Shown: piece by piece, positions 34,801-43,314 of the stretch | Position numbering within the stretch: the first letter of the stretch is position 1 | Layout of the letters: each line of letters begins with the position of its first letter | Source of the DNA: Laetmonice hystrix | Taxonomy: Eukaryota | Direction: 5' to 3' | DNA: 64,000 nucleotides | Assembly (NCBI GenBank): GCA_965235115.1 | Contig: OZ249437.1 | Coordinates: 27,590,001 to 27,654,000 of the forward strand | Notes under the pieces: model-generated | Told to the model about the DNA's origin: nothing | Seen by the model: only the letters and a program-made list of their open reading frames with translations | Databases searched by the model: none | Made by a program: the position numbers and the translations under genes

Positions 34801-37501
34801 CGACAATACACATCTACTTACACGTGACTCATTCGGGCCACTTAGACCCGACAATACACATCTACTTACACATGACTCATTCAGGTCACTTTGACCTGAC
34901 AATACACATCTACTTACACGTGACTCATTCAGGCCACTTAGACCCGACAATAGACATCTACTTACACGTGACTCATTCAGGCCACGTTGACCTGACAATA
35001 CACATCTACTTACACGTGACTCATTCAGGCCACGTTGACCTGACAATACACATCTACTTACACGTGACTCATTCAGGCCACGTTGACCTGACAATACACA
35101 TCTACTTACACGTGACTCATTCAGGCCACGTTGACCTGACAATACACATCTACTTACACGTGACTCATTCAGGCCACGTTGACCTGACAATACACATCTA
35201 CTTACACGTGACTCAATCAATGTGACACACAGAGATGGTGCAGATACCTTGGTACATGAAAGCTGTCGATTGGCAGTCAAAAGTCATTGCTTATTAAATA
35301 AAATCTGGGACAGCAGAGATAGATGTATGGGAAGGTTTCCACCCGGCCATGACTTCATAGTAAACCATTGTGATTATGGGTCGTTTTAGAAGGTGTGTTA
35401 CCCATACGCTTCCCCTGTGTGTGTAATGTGTGTGAAGTAGCAGCATGCCTAGGACATAGTTTTTTTAGGGTAAAGAAAACGGCAGGTAAAGGCAGTATCC
35501 AAGTTTGGAGTTCTTTGTCTAAGAAAGAGCAGTCACACTTGAATATCCTAGGACATAATAAGTAATGATAATTTGAAGCATTTGGTTTGTTCATTCCTTC
35601 AAAATGCATTTTGAAGAGAACCTTAATGATCTGACTCAAGTTTATGTAGGTGTCTTGCTTGCATTGAGTGAAGGTCACCAGACAGAGAAGAAAAACGATT
35701 TCCACATTAGCAGAAATACCATAGAACTATGTCCGTTCGGATACTACACGCTAGGATGCATGTTGTTTGTCATATTCTAACCCATGCCATGACGTCACAG
35801 TTCATGTTATGACGTCATGTGGATACCCTGTCTGCTTGTGCTGTGTGCTGTTGCATGTTGGTCGAGGGATATATTTCCTTAGGCTCTGACACTCTACCTG
35901 CTTGAGGACACACCGATTTGTTCAGCGGAATTCATTCGTGTTTACATTTGAAGAAGAGAACGACCATTTGGTTGTTTAAATTACTGAAGATTGTGAGAAT
36001 TTGTTTATTGGATTGGTTGCTAAGAAAGGGACATGGATCTTTAGCAAAGGGTTTAATTTATAATCTGTTTATGTGAAAAAAATATGAAGTGGTTCTGATT
36101 CCAATGGTGATTGTGTCTCAGCCAAAGTAAAGGTGGATGTAAGCGAACATGGGTTACCCATCCTTTGTGATTTCACCTCTTGTTACAACACCTGGATGGA
36201 AGTTTATCTTGAACAAGTTGACAAATTATGTCTTACACCGTCCCTTGATACAAGAGTCAGGACACAGGCACAAAAATTGCGATGTCGCTGAAAGATCTCT
36301 CTATGTATTTTAACGCTTTTGAAATTTCGACGGCGGAATTCAGTTTTTATCGGAAATGTCATCAGTGATCAGGTAGTAGGGTAACAAAAGTCAAATGAAT
36401 CAAACTTTCATCCAAACATCCTGCCCCTGACGCCAACCCTGACCCTGACCCCCAACCCCACCAACCCCTCAAGCATGTGTTCCTGTACTGTTTCAGGGGA
36501 GGACTTGTTGATTGGCAGTGGCAGTGCCGACATAGGTTTCAGTGGCCTTCAATCCTCCCACTTCGCTGACTTGTCTGACTCCATCAGGTTGGTACCTATA
36601 TCCGTCACTAGAGGGAACTGCCGTATCTGTAGGCGCCACATCGTCCAACTCTCTTGCCCGAAGTGGACCATGAAAGAGTTTTCCCTTCTAGAACCTTTGC
36701 ATGTAAGAGTGGAACTTTAGGAGATATTGATTGCATGAGAGTGGTTTTTTGGACTTAATAAATAGCCAATCCCATAGACAGGAATATCAGTGGTGTTAAT
36801 CTTTCAGTAATGCCAGGAATCCATGGGGTGTAGAGGATAACGGTAGAGTTTTACACCTGCATGAGGTAGCGCCTTGTTCTTGCAGCAGATTTTAATTTTG
36901 CAGCGTCAGTCTGGTCTTTATGTCCCAAGGACAGCTCAAATACTGTGGATATTTTGTGTGGATAACTCGTGTCTCCCTAAACGATAATCAGTGTCAATAT
37001 TGGGGACCCAATCAACATACGAAAACATGTCAGTTAAGATAGGGAAATCACGTGGCATGTTTGTACACCTAGTAGGCCTAGAGCCCACTTTTGGTAGAAT
37101 GTTTCGGAACAGAAGCTTAGCAGGACATCAAAACGATCTTTTGATGATACAACATTTTTGGACAGCATCAATATTTTCTATATATTCTCACGTTTTTATT
37201 ACCACTGATGTTCTTTGTTTTCAGCTCTCATGGTCAAGGTCCTAAGAAGATCACGTTGGAGCGAGGTCCGGACGGCCTTGGTTTTTCCATTGTTGGGGGC
37301 TACGGGAGCCCGCACGGCGACCTGCCAATCTATGTCAAGACTGTGTTTGCCAAGGGGGCCGCAGCCGAGGATGGTCGTTTGAAACGGGGCGACCAGATTC
37401 TGTCAGTGAATGGGATGAGTCTGGCCGGAGTCACCCATGAGGAGGCGGTCGCTATCCTCAAACGGGCAACAGGGGTCATCGAACTGACTGTCGAATCCTG
37501 A
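7785..37501 (+). CDS. MPDZ: Multiple PDZ domain protein (MPDZ/MUPP1, PATJ family), 3' part: PDZ8 (C-terminal half) to PDZ13, spliced; 5' exons not located in window
   Basis: 18 GT-AG exons with matching phases: 7785-7879, 8008-8071, 11021-11128, 11386-11484, 11608-11682, 12009-12225, 12536-12604, 13543-13659, 13863-13943, 19271-19461, 23650-23733, 27088-27312, 28926-29042, 29286-29424, 34278-34450, 34637-34751, 36497-36587, 37225-37501 (2337 nt, 778 aa + stop). The peptides closely follow the vertebrate MPDZ C-terminus as recalled, e.g. [41 protein letters not shown] and [50 protein letters not shown]. Confidence 0.93.
8008..8071 (+). CDS. MPDZ: MPDZ exon, linker after PDZ8
   Basis: tgtag|A...CGG|gtaagc, phase 2-0, [21 protein letters not shown]. 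Confidence 0.82.
8263..9006. mobile_element. Old foldback element with diverged inverted arms
   Basis: 8263-8440 is an inverted, diverged copy of 8835-9006; visible as similar peptides in ORFs 8291+ and 8740-. Confidence 0.6.
9478..9687. other. Assembly gap, 210 N
   Basis: Run of N. Confidence 0.99.
11021..11128 (+). CDS. MPDZ: MPDZ exon, start of PDZ9
   Basis: gtcag|GAT...AAG|gtaagg, phase 0-0, [36 protein letters not shown]. Confidence 0.87.
11386..11484 (+). CDS. MPDZ: MPDZ exon, PDZ9
   Basis: tttccag|GGT...CAG|gtaacg, [33 protein letters not shown]. Confidence 0.9.
11608..11682 (+). CDS. MPDZ: MPDZ exon, PDZ9
   Basis: cacag|GAA...AAA|gtgagt, [25 protein letters not shown]. Confidence 0.9.
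12009..12225 (+). CDS. MPDZ: MPDZ exon, end of PDZ9 and linker
   Basis: tgcag|GCA...TCAG|gtaggt, phase 0-1, [22 protein letters not shown]...PVEKKTS. Confidence 0.88.
12536..12604 (+). CDS. MPDZ: MPDZ exon, acidic PDZ9-10 linker
   Basis: tgtag|TC...TCAG|gtgaga, phase 1-1, [23 protein letters not shown]. Confidence 0.75.
13543..13659 (+). CDS. MPDZ: MPDZ exon, acidic PDZ9-10 linker
   Basis: gccag|AA...GCAG|gtacat, phase 1-1, [39 protein letters not shown]. Confidence 0.75.
13863..13943 (+). CDS. MPDZ: MPDZ exon, acidic PDZ9-10 linker (weak AAG acceptor)
   Basis: taaag|AG...CAAG|gtatac, phase 1-1, [27 protein letters not shown]. Confidence 0.6.
14735..15090 (+). repeat. Minisatellite, 19-bp unit GACTGGTAGATTGACACAG, in two blocks inside a larger duplication
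   Basis: About 3 + 11 copies; the flanking ATGCTAGGACAGC(C/G)ACGACT and GACGA(G/T)TCCTCT.AGATTAATGCT are also duplicated. Confidence 0.92.
15505..16389 (+). CDS. GC-rich ORF with 10 x 51-bp (17-aa) repeat; possible large MPDZ cassette exon
   Basis: Frame open 15444-16409. TAG acceptor at 15502-04 and GTGAGT donor at 16390 give an 885-nt phase 1-1 exon compatible with the neighbouring exons. A stronger out-of-frame CAG lies 7 nt upstream. Confidence 0.33.
15633..16143 (+). repeat. Minisatellite, 51-bp unit x10 ([17 protein letters not shown] in + frame)
   Basis: Direct reading of ORF 15450-16409. Confidence 0.95.
16358..17590 (+). repeat. Minisatellite, 41-bp unit AGTGCCGGTAGTTGTAATCAGTTTGGACGGTGGTGAGTGTC, about 12-13 copies, split by an insertion
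   Basis: 4 units at 16358-16527 and about 8-9 units at 17225-17590. Confidence 0.9.
16528..17224. mobile_element. Foldback element inserted in the 41-bp array
   Basis: GGTGTA...TACACC termini; about 170-bp imperfect inverted arms made of AA(A/G)CACTAC subrepeats; unrelated poly-G-containing core. Confidence 0.65.
18848..19151. mobile_element. MITE of the GG(C/G)GGATCCAG-TIR family, 5-bp TSD
   Basis: CAGAC|GACTGGGGGATCCAG...CTGGATCCCCCACTG|CAGAC. Confidence 0.75.
19271..19461 (+). CDS. MPDZ: MPDZ exon, proline-rich linker and start of PDZ10
   Basis: ttacag|AG...CTG|gtgagt, phase 1-0, [14 protein letters not shown]...[36 protein letters not shown]. Confidence 0.92.
22255..22911 (+). repeat. 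Minisatellite, 55-bp unit, about 12 copies; followed by 15-bp TTTACATTGGTAAGA x3
   Basis: Unit GACTCTGGAGATGAGGGGGTGAGGTGCAGGCTGCATGTCAGTCATGGAGGGGGTT. Confidence 0.93.
23650..23733 (+). CDS. MPDZ: MPDZ exon, PDZ10
   Basis: ttacag|AGA...GAG|gtaggt, [28 protein letters not shown]. Confidence 0.93.
23734..23983 (+). repeat. Minisatellite, 25-bp unit x10, beginning exactly at the 5' splice site
   Basis: Unit GTAGGTTTCAAACGCTCGGTCGCTG; first base is intron +1. Confidence 0.95.
27088..27312 (+). CDS. MPDZ: MPDZ exon, end of PDZ10 and start of PDZ11
   Basis: ttgcag|GTG...ATT|gtaagt, [22 protein letters not shown]...[25 protein letters not shown]. Confidence 0.93.
27361..28964 (+). repeat. Compound tandem array: 21 x [TGTGTTA(C/G)AG + GTGAAGGGAGGGGTAGC(T/C)GAGG(G/C)AGACGGGAGGTTGATG] separated by variable (GAT)n/(GATGT) microsatellite
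   Basis: Unit starts at 27371, 27466, 27549, 27610, 27682, 27743, 27815, 27876, 27951, 28012, 28095, 28156, 28217, 28278, 28414, 28511, 28608, 28705, 28766, 28846, 28926. Confidence 0.95.
28926..29042 (+). CDS. MPDZ: MPDZ exon, PDZ11; its acceptor and first 13 codons are the last unit of a tandem array
   Basis: ttacag|GTG...AAG|gtcagt, [39 protein letters not shown]; missed by the ORF track. Confidence 0.92.
29286..29424 (+). CDS. MPDZ: MPDZ exon, end of PDZ11 and linker
   Basis: ttgcag|ACA...AAAA|gtgagt, phase 0-1, [24 protein letters not shown]...GKHSK. Confidence 0.88.
32053..32208. mobile_element. 156-bp near-perfect palindrome (MITE-like)
   Basis: Centre CTATGAGTCGACTCATAG; arms GAGTCAAAGTGGAGA / TCTCCACTTTGACTC. 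Confidence 0.75.
34278..34450 (+). CDS. MPDZ: MPDZ exon, PDZ12 N-terminal half
   Basis: ttgtag|CG...AGG|gtatgt, phase 1-0, [51 protein letters not shown]. Confidence 0.92.
34637..34751 (+). CDS. MPDZ: MPDZ exon, PDZ12 C-terminal half
   Basis: ggcag|GTG...CAAG|gtgagc, phase 0-1, [38 protein letters not shown]. Confidence 0.92.
34758..35215 (+). repeat. Minisatellite, 48-bp unit, about 9.5 copies, starting 6 nt after the 5' splice site
   Basis: Unit ATACACATCTACTTACACGTGACTCATTCAGGCCACGTTGACCTGACA; explains ORFs 34752+ and 34732-. Confidence 0.94.
36497..36587 (+). CDS. MPDZ: MPDZ exon, PDZ12-13 linker
   Basis: tttcag|GG...ATCAG|gttggt, phase 1-2, [30 protein letters not shown]. Confidence 0.8.
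37225..37501 (+). CDS. MPDZ: MPDZ terminal coding exon, PDZ13
   Basis: tttcag|C..., phase 2, [38 protein letters not shown]...[16 protein letters not shown]. Confidence 0.95.
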
Positions 37502-37950
37502 ACATGTGATTAGTTCACCATCATTATAAACAGGCAACAAGGGTCTGATCTTCGACTCCTGAACTCTTGAGTTATTCACCGCCATCCACAAACGGGCAAT
37601 GGGGTTCATGAACTGACCGTCGAGTCGTAGACTTTTTGATTTGGTCTCCGCCATCCTAAGCAGGAAACTGACTCCCGAATGCTGAACATTCAGTCCGTTC
37701 ACCGCCATCTTGAAATGGGCAAAAGGGTCGTCAAAACGACCGTTGAATCACTTATTCTTCGTCTGTTAATTGCTATCCTAAAATGGGCAACAGGCATCAT
37801 CGAACTGAGTGTCCAATCGTGGATCCTAGATCCAGTAACTGCTATCCTAAAATGGGCAACAAGTCTCATCAAAGTGACCGTTAAATTCTGAACTCTTGGT
37901 TATTCACAGACCGGTTAAAGGGGCCGTTGAAGTAACTGTCGAATCCCCTT
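37451..37950 (+). repeat. Degenerate 60-70-bp tandem repeat derived from the last MPDZ codons, about 7 copies in the 3' UTR
   Basis: The copy at 37772 differs from CDS 37451-37498 at 7 of 48 nt. Confidence 0.85.
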
Positions 37951-40543
37951 GATCTACTTGCCTGATGCTTCATTGATTCTGGAACATGCCGACAACATCT
38001 CCTAAAGTAGCTACTTGTTGAGATGACTTTGAGATTATACTTGGTGACAATGGGTGCAATGCGTTGACAGTGTATCCAGACTTGGGTTGATACATTACAT
38101 TGGGGAACTTGAGGGCAGATTATGGTACCGCCTGCCATGGCTTTTCGCACTGACAGCAAGCTTTATATTATGTATAATGGTACAGACGAGAGGAACTCCT
38201 CGACATGAAGACTTCCTGTGACTGATCTATGGACAACATATATCGTATAACCATCACTGTGATGAGGGAATCGATTCCTGCCTGGCTAGGTTCAAACTGA
38301 CTATGACATAAGTACAGAAATATTACAGCTTATTCGATCTGGAAGCACCTCTCATGGTTTCCAACCAGTTATTATATATGGGTGAAGGGTGCAATTCTTA
38401 TACTTCCCGGTATAAGATAATTTGATACATTATATTCTAAGGACATGGTGACGGTAGTCTATTGAAGCAGTCTTGGCCAGCCATATCATGCAGCTTGAAG
38501 TTAAGGTGTGGCCGTCAATACTTCACATGGACAATACTAACTGCATGACAATGGAACAGTGGTGGGAGCACATCCAATGGTGTACATGTACGTCTGCAGG
38601 GGGAATGTTTGTATGAATGCCTTGTATGGACGGATGGGTGGACGTGTGTGGGTGGATGTATGTGGATGTATATATATGCTATGTATACATTCACAAATAC
38701 ATTAGCATTGTTCTTCACTTGTGTAAAAAATGATAATGAGTCGACCTTTGATCAACCAGGCGTTTTGTTGTTTTGATTTATTTCATGGTGTTTGACTCAT
38801 TTTTTGCAATATTTTCGCTAAGCTGTCTTTTGGGTATAACTATGCAACGTGCCAGATTTTGGGGAAGGCATGTGAATTGCAGCGATGTTCGTTCAAAGTC
38901 GAATATGAAAGCCAGGGACCGTGGGCTGTTAACATTGCCAGTCTATCTTTTATTAATTATATTAAAACTCCCAACTATAGACGATGTACTACAATGGAAC
39001 TTCGCAAAACTAGGAGAGTCACCATAGTTACCACGAACATTGACCGTTATTTGACGTAATTTGAGTCGAGGACTAAAATTTTAAAATGAAACCTGCAGGG
39101 ATGTGTTTGTATAGAAGGAAACATTTTAACTCGAGGTACGTAAGCTGCAGACCGCTGGCGTATTAACAGTCTAATCGATATACTTCAATTCATTATGTTA
39201 CATTAATTGCATAAACATCCAGCTTGACAAATGAATGATACAGTGTGTTTAATCGGGTCGATGGCAAACAGATGCACAAGCTTCCTACCAGTTTAGAGCT
39301 TACAGAATACAGAAAACAGCCTGCTTTCACACTAGGTGGTGCTCACGGGCATTTCGCCACTGCTACCATACAATGAATATAAAATACTATAGCGCCCCTA
39401 ATGGTAAGGTATAGATACATTTTGGGTTGAGGCGTGGTCTGTGTGTAACAGATGTAACAGGTTACAGCGCCATCACGTGACAGTGCATACTTTAGTCATG
39501 ACAAGAGCCTTCCCCCAGTTTGAGATATTGCCGTGTGTAGGCCTACTACCACCGCCCTCTCATGGAGACCGTACGGCAGCATCTTGGTAACTCCATATCA
39601 TGACATTTTAAATGGCAACTCTTCACCCGACAGGCGACGCTACCGGTTGACTGTATTTTTCTTTTGAAATGCACGGGCATCAGGGGTGACAATGTCCCTA
39701 AAGAGAAAAGTTGTATAGTCCTGTACAGGAATCGAACCCAGGCCCTAAGATTACTGCACCCATTCGCATAGCATAAGGTGTCGACATCCATGCCCACTAG
39801 GCCACCGCCACTCCCCAACCTCAAATCTGAATATCAGATTCGGATTCTGTCACCAGATCTAGCTTTCGGCTGTAGCAATGAAAAAAGGATGTTTTGTAAA
39901 GAAGTTTGCCTGAGCGTTCCTTACCATATATTTCAGACGTTGACCGCTGGCAAAAAGGTATAGACGCTTTTTATGTACCGCTTCTAAAGCGTTGATCATA
40001 AGTTTAACGTAGAAAGGGGCAGGGCCACTCAGCGACCAGACCGCATTTATACATTAGCGCCACCTATAGGCTCACCTCAGTCGATTCCTATAATTTTGCA
40101 GTTACAGAAACTTGATTATGATGAGAGCCTGTAAAGCATCACTTGCATTTATTATGCCATTATTAGCAGTTGTTGGGTATTCCGTTATTGTGACACTAGT
40201 TGGGTCAGTAGTTTAGCTTGATGACACGCAAAACTCTGTTAAATGTTTTGCAGTGTTTTTATTTTGGTTTTTAACCAATATGTCATCCGGATCGAACAAT
40301 GTGCTCGTCCTCGTGGAACTGAGGGAAGTGCAGCCCTTGAGGCGCCACCTGGTGATGGAGATGTACATAAACTGCGACTCTTACTCCGTACAGAGATATA
40401 TTGGCGCAAAAACACCTGGGCAAAAATTTCAGCTTTACTTTCTTTAATTGGTTGATCAATGGGACAAATTCATTCGTATTTCTTCAGATCATCAACTCAC
40501 CATTTGAATATGCTACAAATCATTGTAAGTGTAATTATTACTG

Positions 40544-40549
40544 AATAAA
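40544..40549 (+). promoter_or_regulatory. Candidate MPDZ polyadenylation signal AATAAA
   Basis: First canonical AATAAA I found after the stop at 37501, followed by U-rich sequence. Confidence 0.4.
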
Positions 40550-40901
40550 ATTGTTATCTTTATATAAAAGAACTAAAATGTTGCGTTATAAAGAGTCTTC
40601 ACGTCTTTGCGTCCCCAAAAGTCTCAAGGAAATCTGCCGTCAACTTTTCTCATTAACAACTATTAGAGATTTTAAAGCACTACGAGATAATGCACCCGAG
40701 ATGACGGACCATTTGTTTCTACAACAGTGAATTGACAGCTCAGTCAGTCTAAATAACAGAGGACCAGCAAAGCCTATATGTATTTTGTTTTCAACGATTC
40801 ATTTTTATACAAAAATTATCCCGTCGCCTTTTTTTGGTGTCGGTTGGTGCTTTGGTTTAGCAGGTTGAATAAGTGGCCTGTAGATTTAAATGACGATATG
40901 A

Positions 40902-41200
40902 CTATCTCTCTTCGCATATAATTCCCCTTGCCTTAAATATTTCATGAAGACATTTTTCTAGTGCCTCGTTAGTACCTCGTAGTCCATGAACCACCTTTGC
41001 AGCCCACTGAAAATAGTCCCCGACACGTTCCTCAGTCCACGACGTCGGGGTTACCCTTTGGAGGTCACGAAGATTATAGAGTTTGTCGGCCAACTTGACA
41101 AGCTTGGCCCTTGGACTTGTGCTAGCGGCATGTGCAATTTGAAGCTGTTTTCGCTCCAGTTTATCCAAACTTTTGTCATCAGTAACTTCGGCTACAAGAC
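40902..41200 (-). CDS. HDDC3: HDDC3 exon 4
   Basis: ctacag|GT..., [17 protein letters not shown]...[17 protein letters not shown]...RGIICEER*. Confidence 0.93.
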
Positions 41201-43314
41201 CTGTAGAGAGATACCGAGAAAAGAAGAACTATTGAATCAAAGTGAAAATTAGATGAGAAGTGATATAATTCAGAATTACCGTAGAGACTTCTCTCGACAG
41301 CCCTACTGGATTAGAGTTAATAAATTCTTACCAGCCACATCCTCGCCAAAAGCGTGTTTAATTTCCTCAATTGTGGTATCTGTATCTTCTACCGTGTCAT
41401 GTAAAAGTGCAGCCTGAAGATGAAGGATTAAAATTCACTGAGTAATCGGATCTAAACTTCTCAAAAAGTAGTTATTTAGTTATTTAGACTTTGATGGTGC
41501 ATATATCCTGAAAAAAGTTGAGTATTACTGAAAGCCAGATTATTTATCTTTACACTGATATCAAATGTGCAACAATCCAAAGTTTATGGGTTAAGTATTA
41601 CGGTTGGAAATGGGGGAGCATTGAATATCATTTTAACGTACCGAGTACAATGGGGTTGTGTCCAGCAAAACGCATTTTTTATTTCTCATGAGACCATATC
41701 CCCAATTCATTTAGCTTGATAACCAGGCTCTCTAGAATTATACATGACATATTGCATACTGCATAGTGTGTTGGTTTTTTTAAATGATACGGAACATGCA
41801 GCACAAACTGCAGAACTTTTATTAGGAGTATATAACTAAAACACTATAACTTTTCAAGACAAGTCAGCATTTGTGTTTTTCTGAGGTAGAAAATTTAGAA
41901 ATATAGTCCTGCAGGGAGTAGCGGCTCCTCCAAATACATTTAGTTTTTTTATAGACACTAGGGGGCAGCACTCCAACGTGCATGCCTCTGTTCATTCGGG
42001 ATACCCTTGGGCATTTGACGTCATTTCTGCTATTCAAATGACCAAGGGATTCCCCAGTGGTCTCTTGTTGTATGACTGTAATACGTACAGCCAGGTAACT
42101 AAACCTTTAAATAATACAGATTTGTTTCTGGGTACAATGTGTTATCGTATATCAAATTAAAAGATGTTTAGTTTGGCTCACCATGACAACACTGGAATCC
42201 GTCACACCTCCTTCTTCTGTTAGAATATATGCCACACCTGAGAGATAAACAATATTCAGTTAAACATAGCAAATGTTTAAAGTGGATGCATAACAACCAG
42301 TGGCGGATCCAGTGGGGGGGGGGGGGCGCTTTGGGGGCTTAAGCCCCCCCCCCAGCTGACTCCAGATTTTTTTTTTCCACAGGGATTAAATACTCTCTGT
42401 ATTTCAATCTCTCCCAGGGTTTACCGCGCCGGTCTCACATGTATCTAGCCCCCCCCCCCCCCAGTTGCAAAATCCTGGATCCGCCCCTGACAACTGCAAT
42501 TGCTTTCTAAGATTGTGAAAGAGCAAATGTTGAATAGCAAGCATGGTAGGCACTTCGTGGTGGATCCAATTAAGCATGTTGCGTCGAGAAGTTGTGAAAA
42601 TAAGATGATAAATGATGCAGTTTGGGGCATTATTTTTTTGGATTTCATTGTTCAAATAGGCTATGTATAGGTTATATTCACTAGGTGGTGCAACATTCTA
42701 AAAAGGTCAGTCAGTCAGACTATGAAAACCCTATTCTTAGTAAATTAGGGATATATTTTTGGTGAATGTCTGATTGCGTGGGAATTTAGCATGACTGCAA
42801 GAGACCACGACATGGATGCAGAATGCATGAGACTCATGCTCAAATACCCCCCCCCCCCCCATTACGAAAACGGGCTGGACTGGAGCCGCCACTGCCGCCA
42901 CTGGCTCCTCATTTTCTGGAACAGCACGTTGAACTCTTGGAAGGAACAAAAATTAAATTTAAAAAACAAAAACTATTGACTGTCAGTGAGTGACAGTGAG
43001 TGAGTGAGGCCACTGCACTGGCACTGCGTTGCCTACTCAACTCAGTGACATGTCATTTTCAGTGTCAGTGCAGTGGCACTGGGCCGACTGGCACTGCCAC
43101 AACTTGCACAGCCACAACTTTGCACAAGTTCACAACTTGCACAAGCACTGCCACTGGTGACCGAGTTAGATCTAGATCTTTTTAGCTCACTACCTATAGG
43201 GTGATTAATGTATGGTGTTTGCTCAGGGTCTTTTCGCCGTTGATTCTTGTGCTTTGATGCTGCGAACTCCACACAACGCATAAATGTGGCAAGGTCCATC
43301 GAACTGTTGCACAT
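40902..43314 (-). CDS. HDDC3: HD domain-containing protein 3 (MESH1), guanosine-3',5'-bis(diphosphate) 3'-pyrophosphohydrolase, about 185 aa, 4 exons
   Basis: Exons (minus): 43314-43194, 42237-42182, 41413-41332, 41200-40902; phases 1, 0, 1; all GT-AG. Peptide ...[58 protein letters not shown]...[18 protein letters not shown]...[16 protein letters not shown]... has the MESH1 motifs PYINHP, HDTVEDT and KLADKLYN. Start could be M1 (43314) or M6 (43299). Confidence 0.95.
41332..41413 (-). CDS. HDDC3: HDDC3 exon 3 (HD motif)
   Basis: cttcag|GCT...GCTG|gtaaga, [27 protein letters not shown]. Confidence 0.93.
42182..42237 (-). CDS. HDDC3: HDDC3 exon 2
   Basis: ctctcag|GT...ATG|gtgagc, [18 protein letters not shown]. 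Confidence 0.9.
42298..42489. mobile_element. MITE of the GGCGGATCCAG-TIR family, 5-bp TSD, in HDDC3 intron 1
   Basis: ACAAC|CAGTGGCGGATCCAG...CTGGATCCGCCCCTG|ACAAC. Confidence 0.82.
43194..43314 (-). CDS. HDDC3: HDDC3 exon 1
   Basis: [40 protein letters not shown](G)|gtagtg. Confidence 0.92.

Noticed and set aside
34732-35280. His-rich and Arg/Ser-rich repeat ORFs on both strands
   Set aside because: Artefact of the 48-bp intronic minisatellite; splice phase does not connect them to MPDZ.
39700-39780. B-box-like GGGTTCGATTCC on the minus strand
   Set aside because: No cloverleaf could be built; at most a decayed tRNA-derived SINE fragment.
40220-40233. GATGACACGCAAA, matching part of U6 snRNA
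   Set aside because: Only about 13 nt match; flanks are unrelated to U6.
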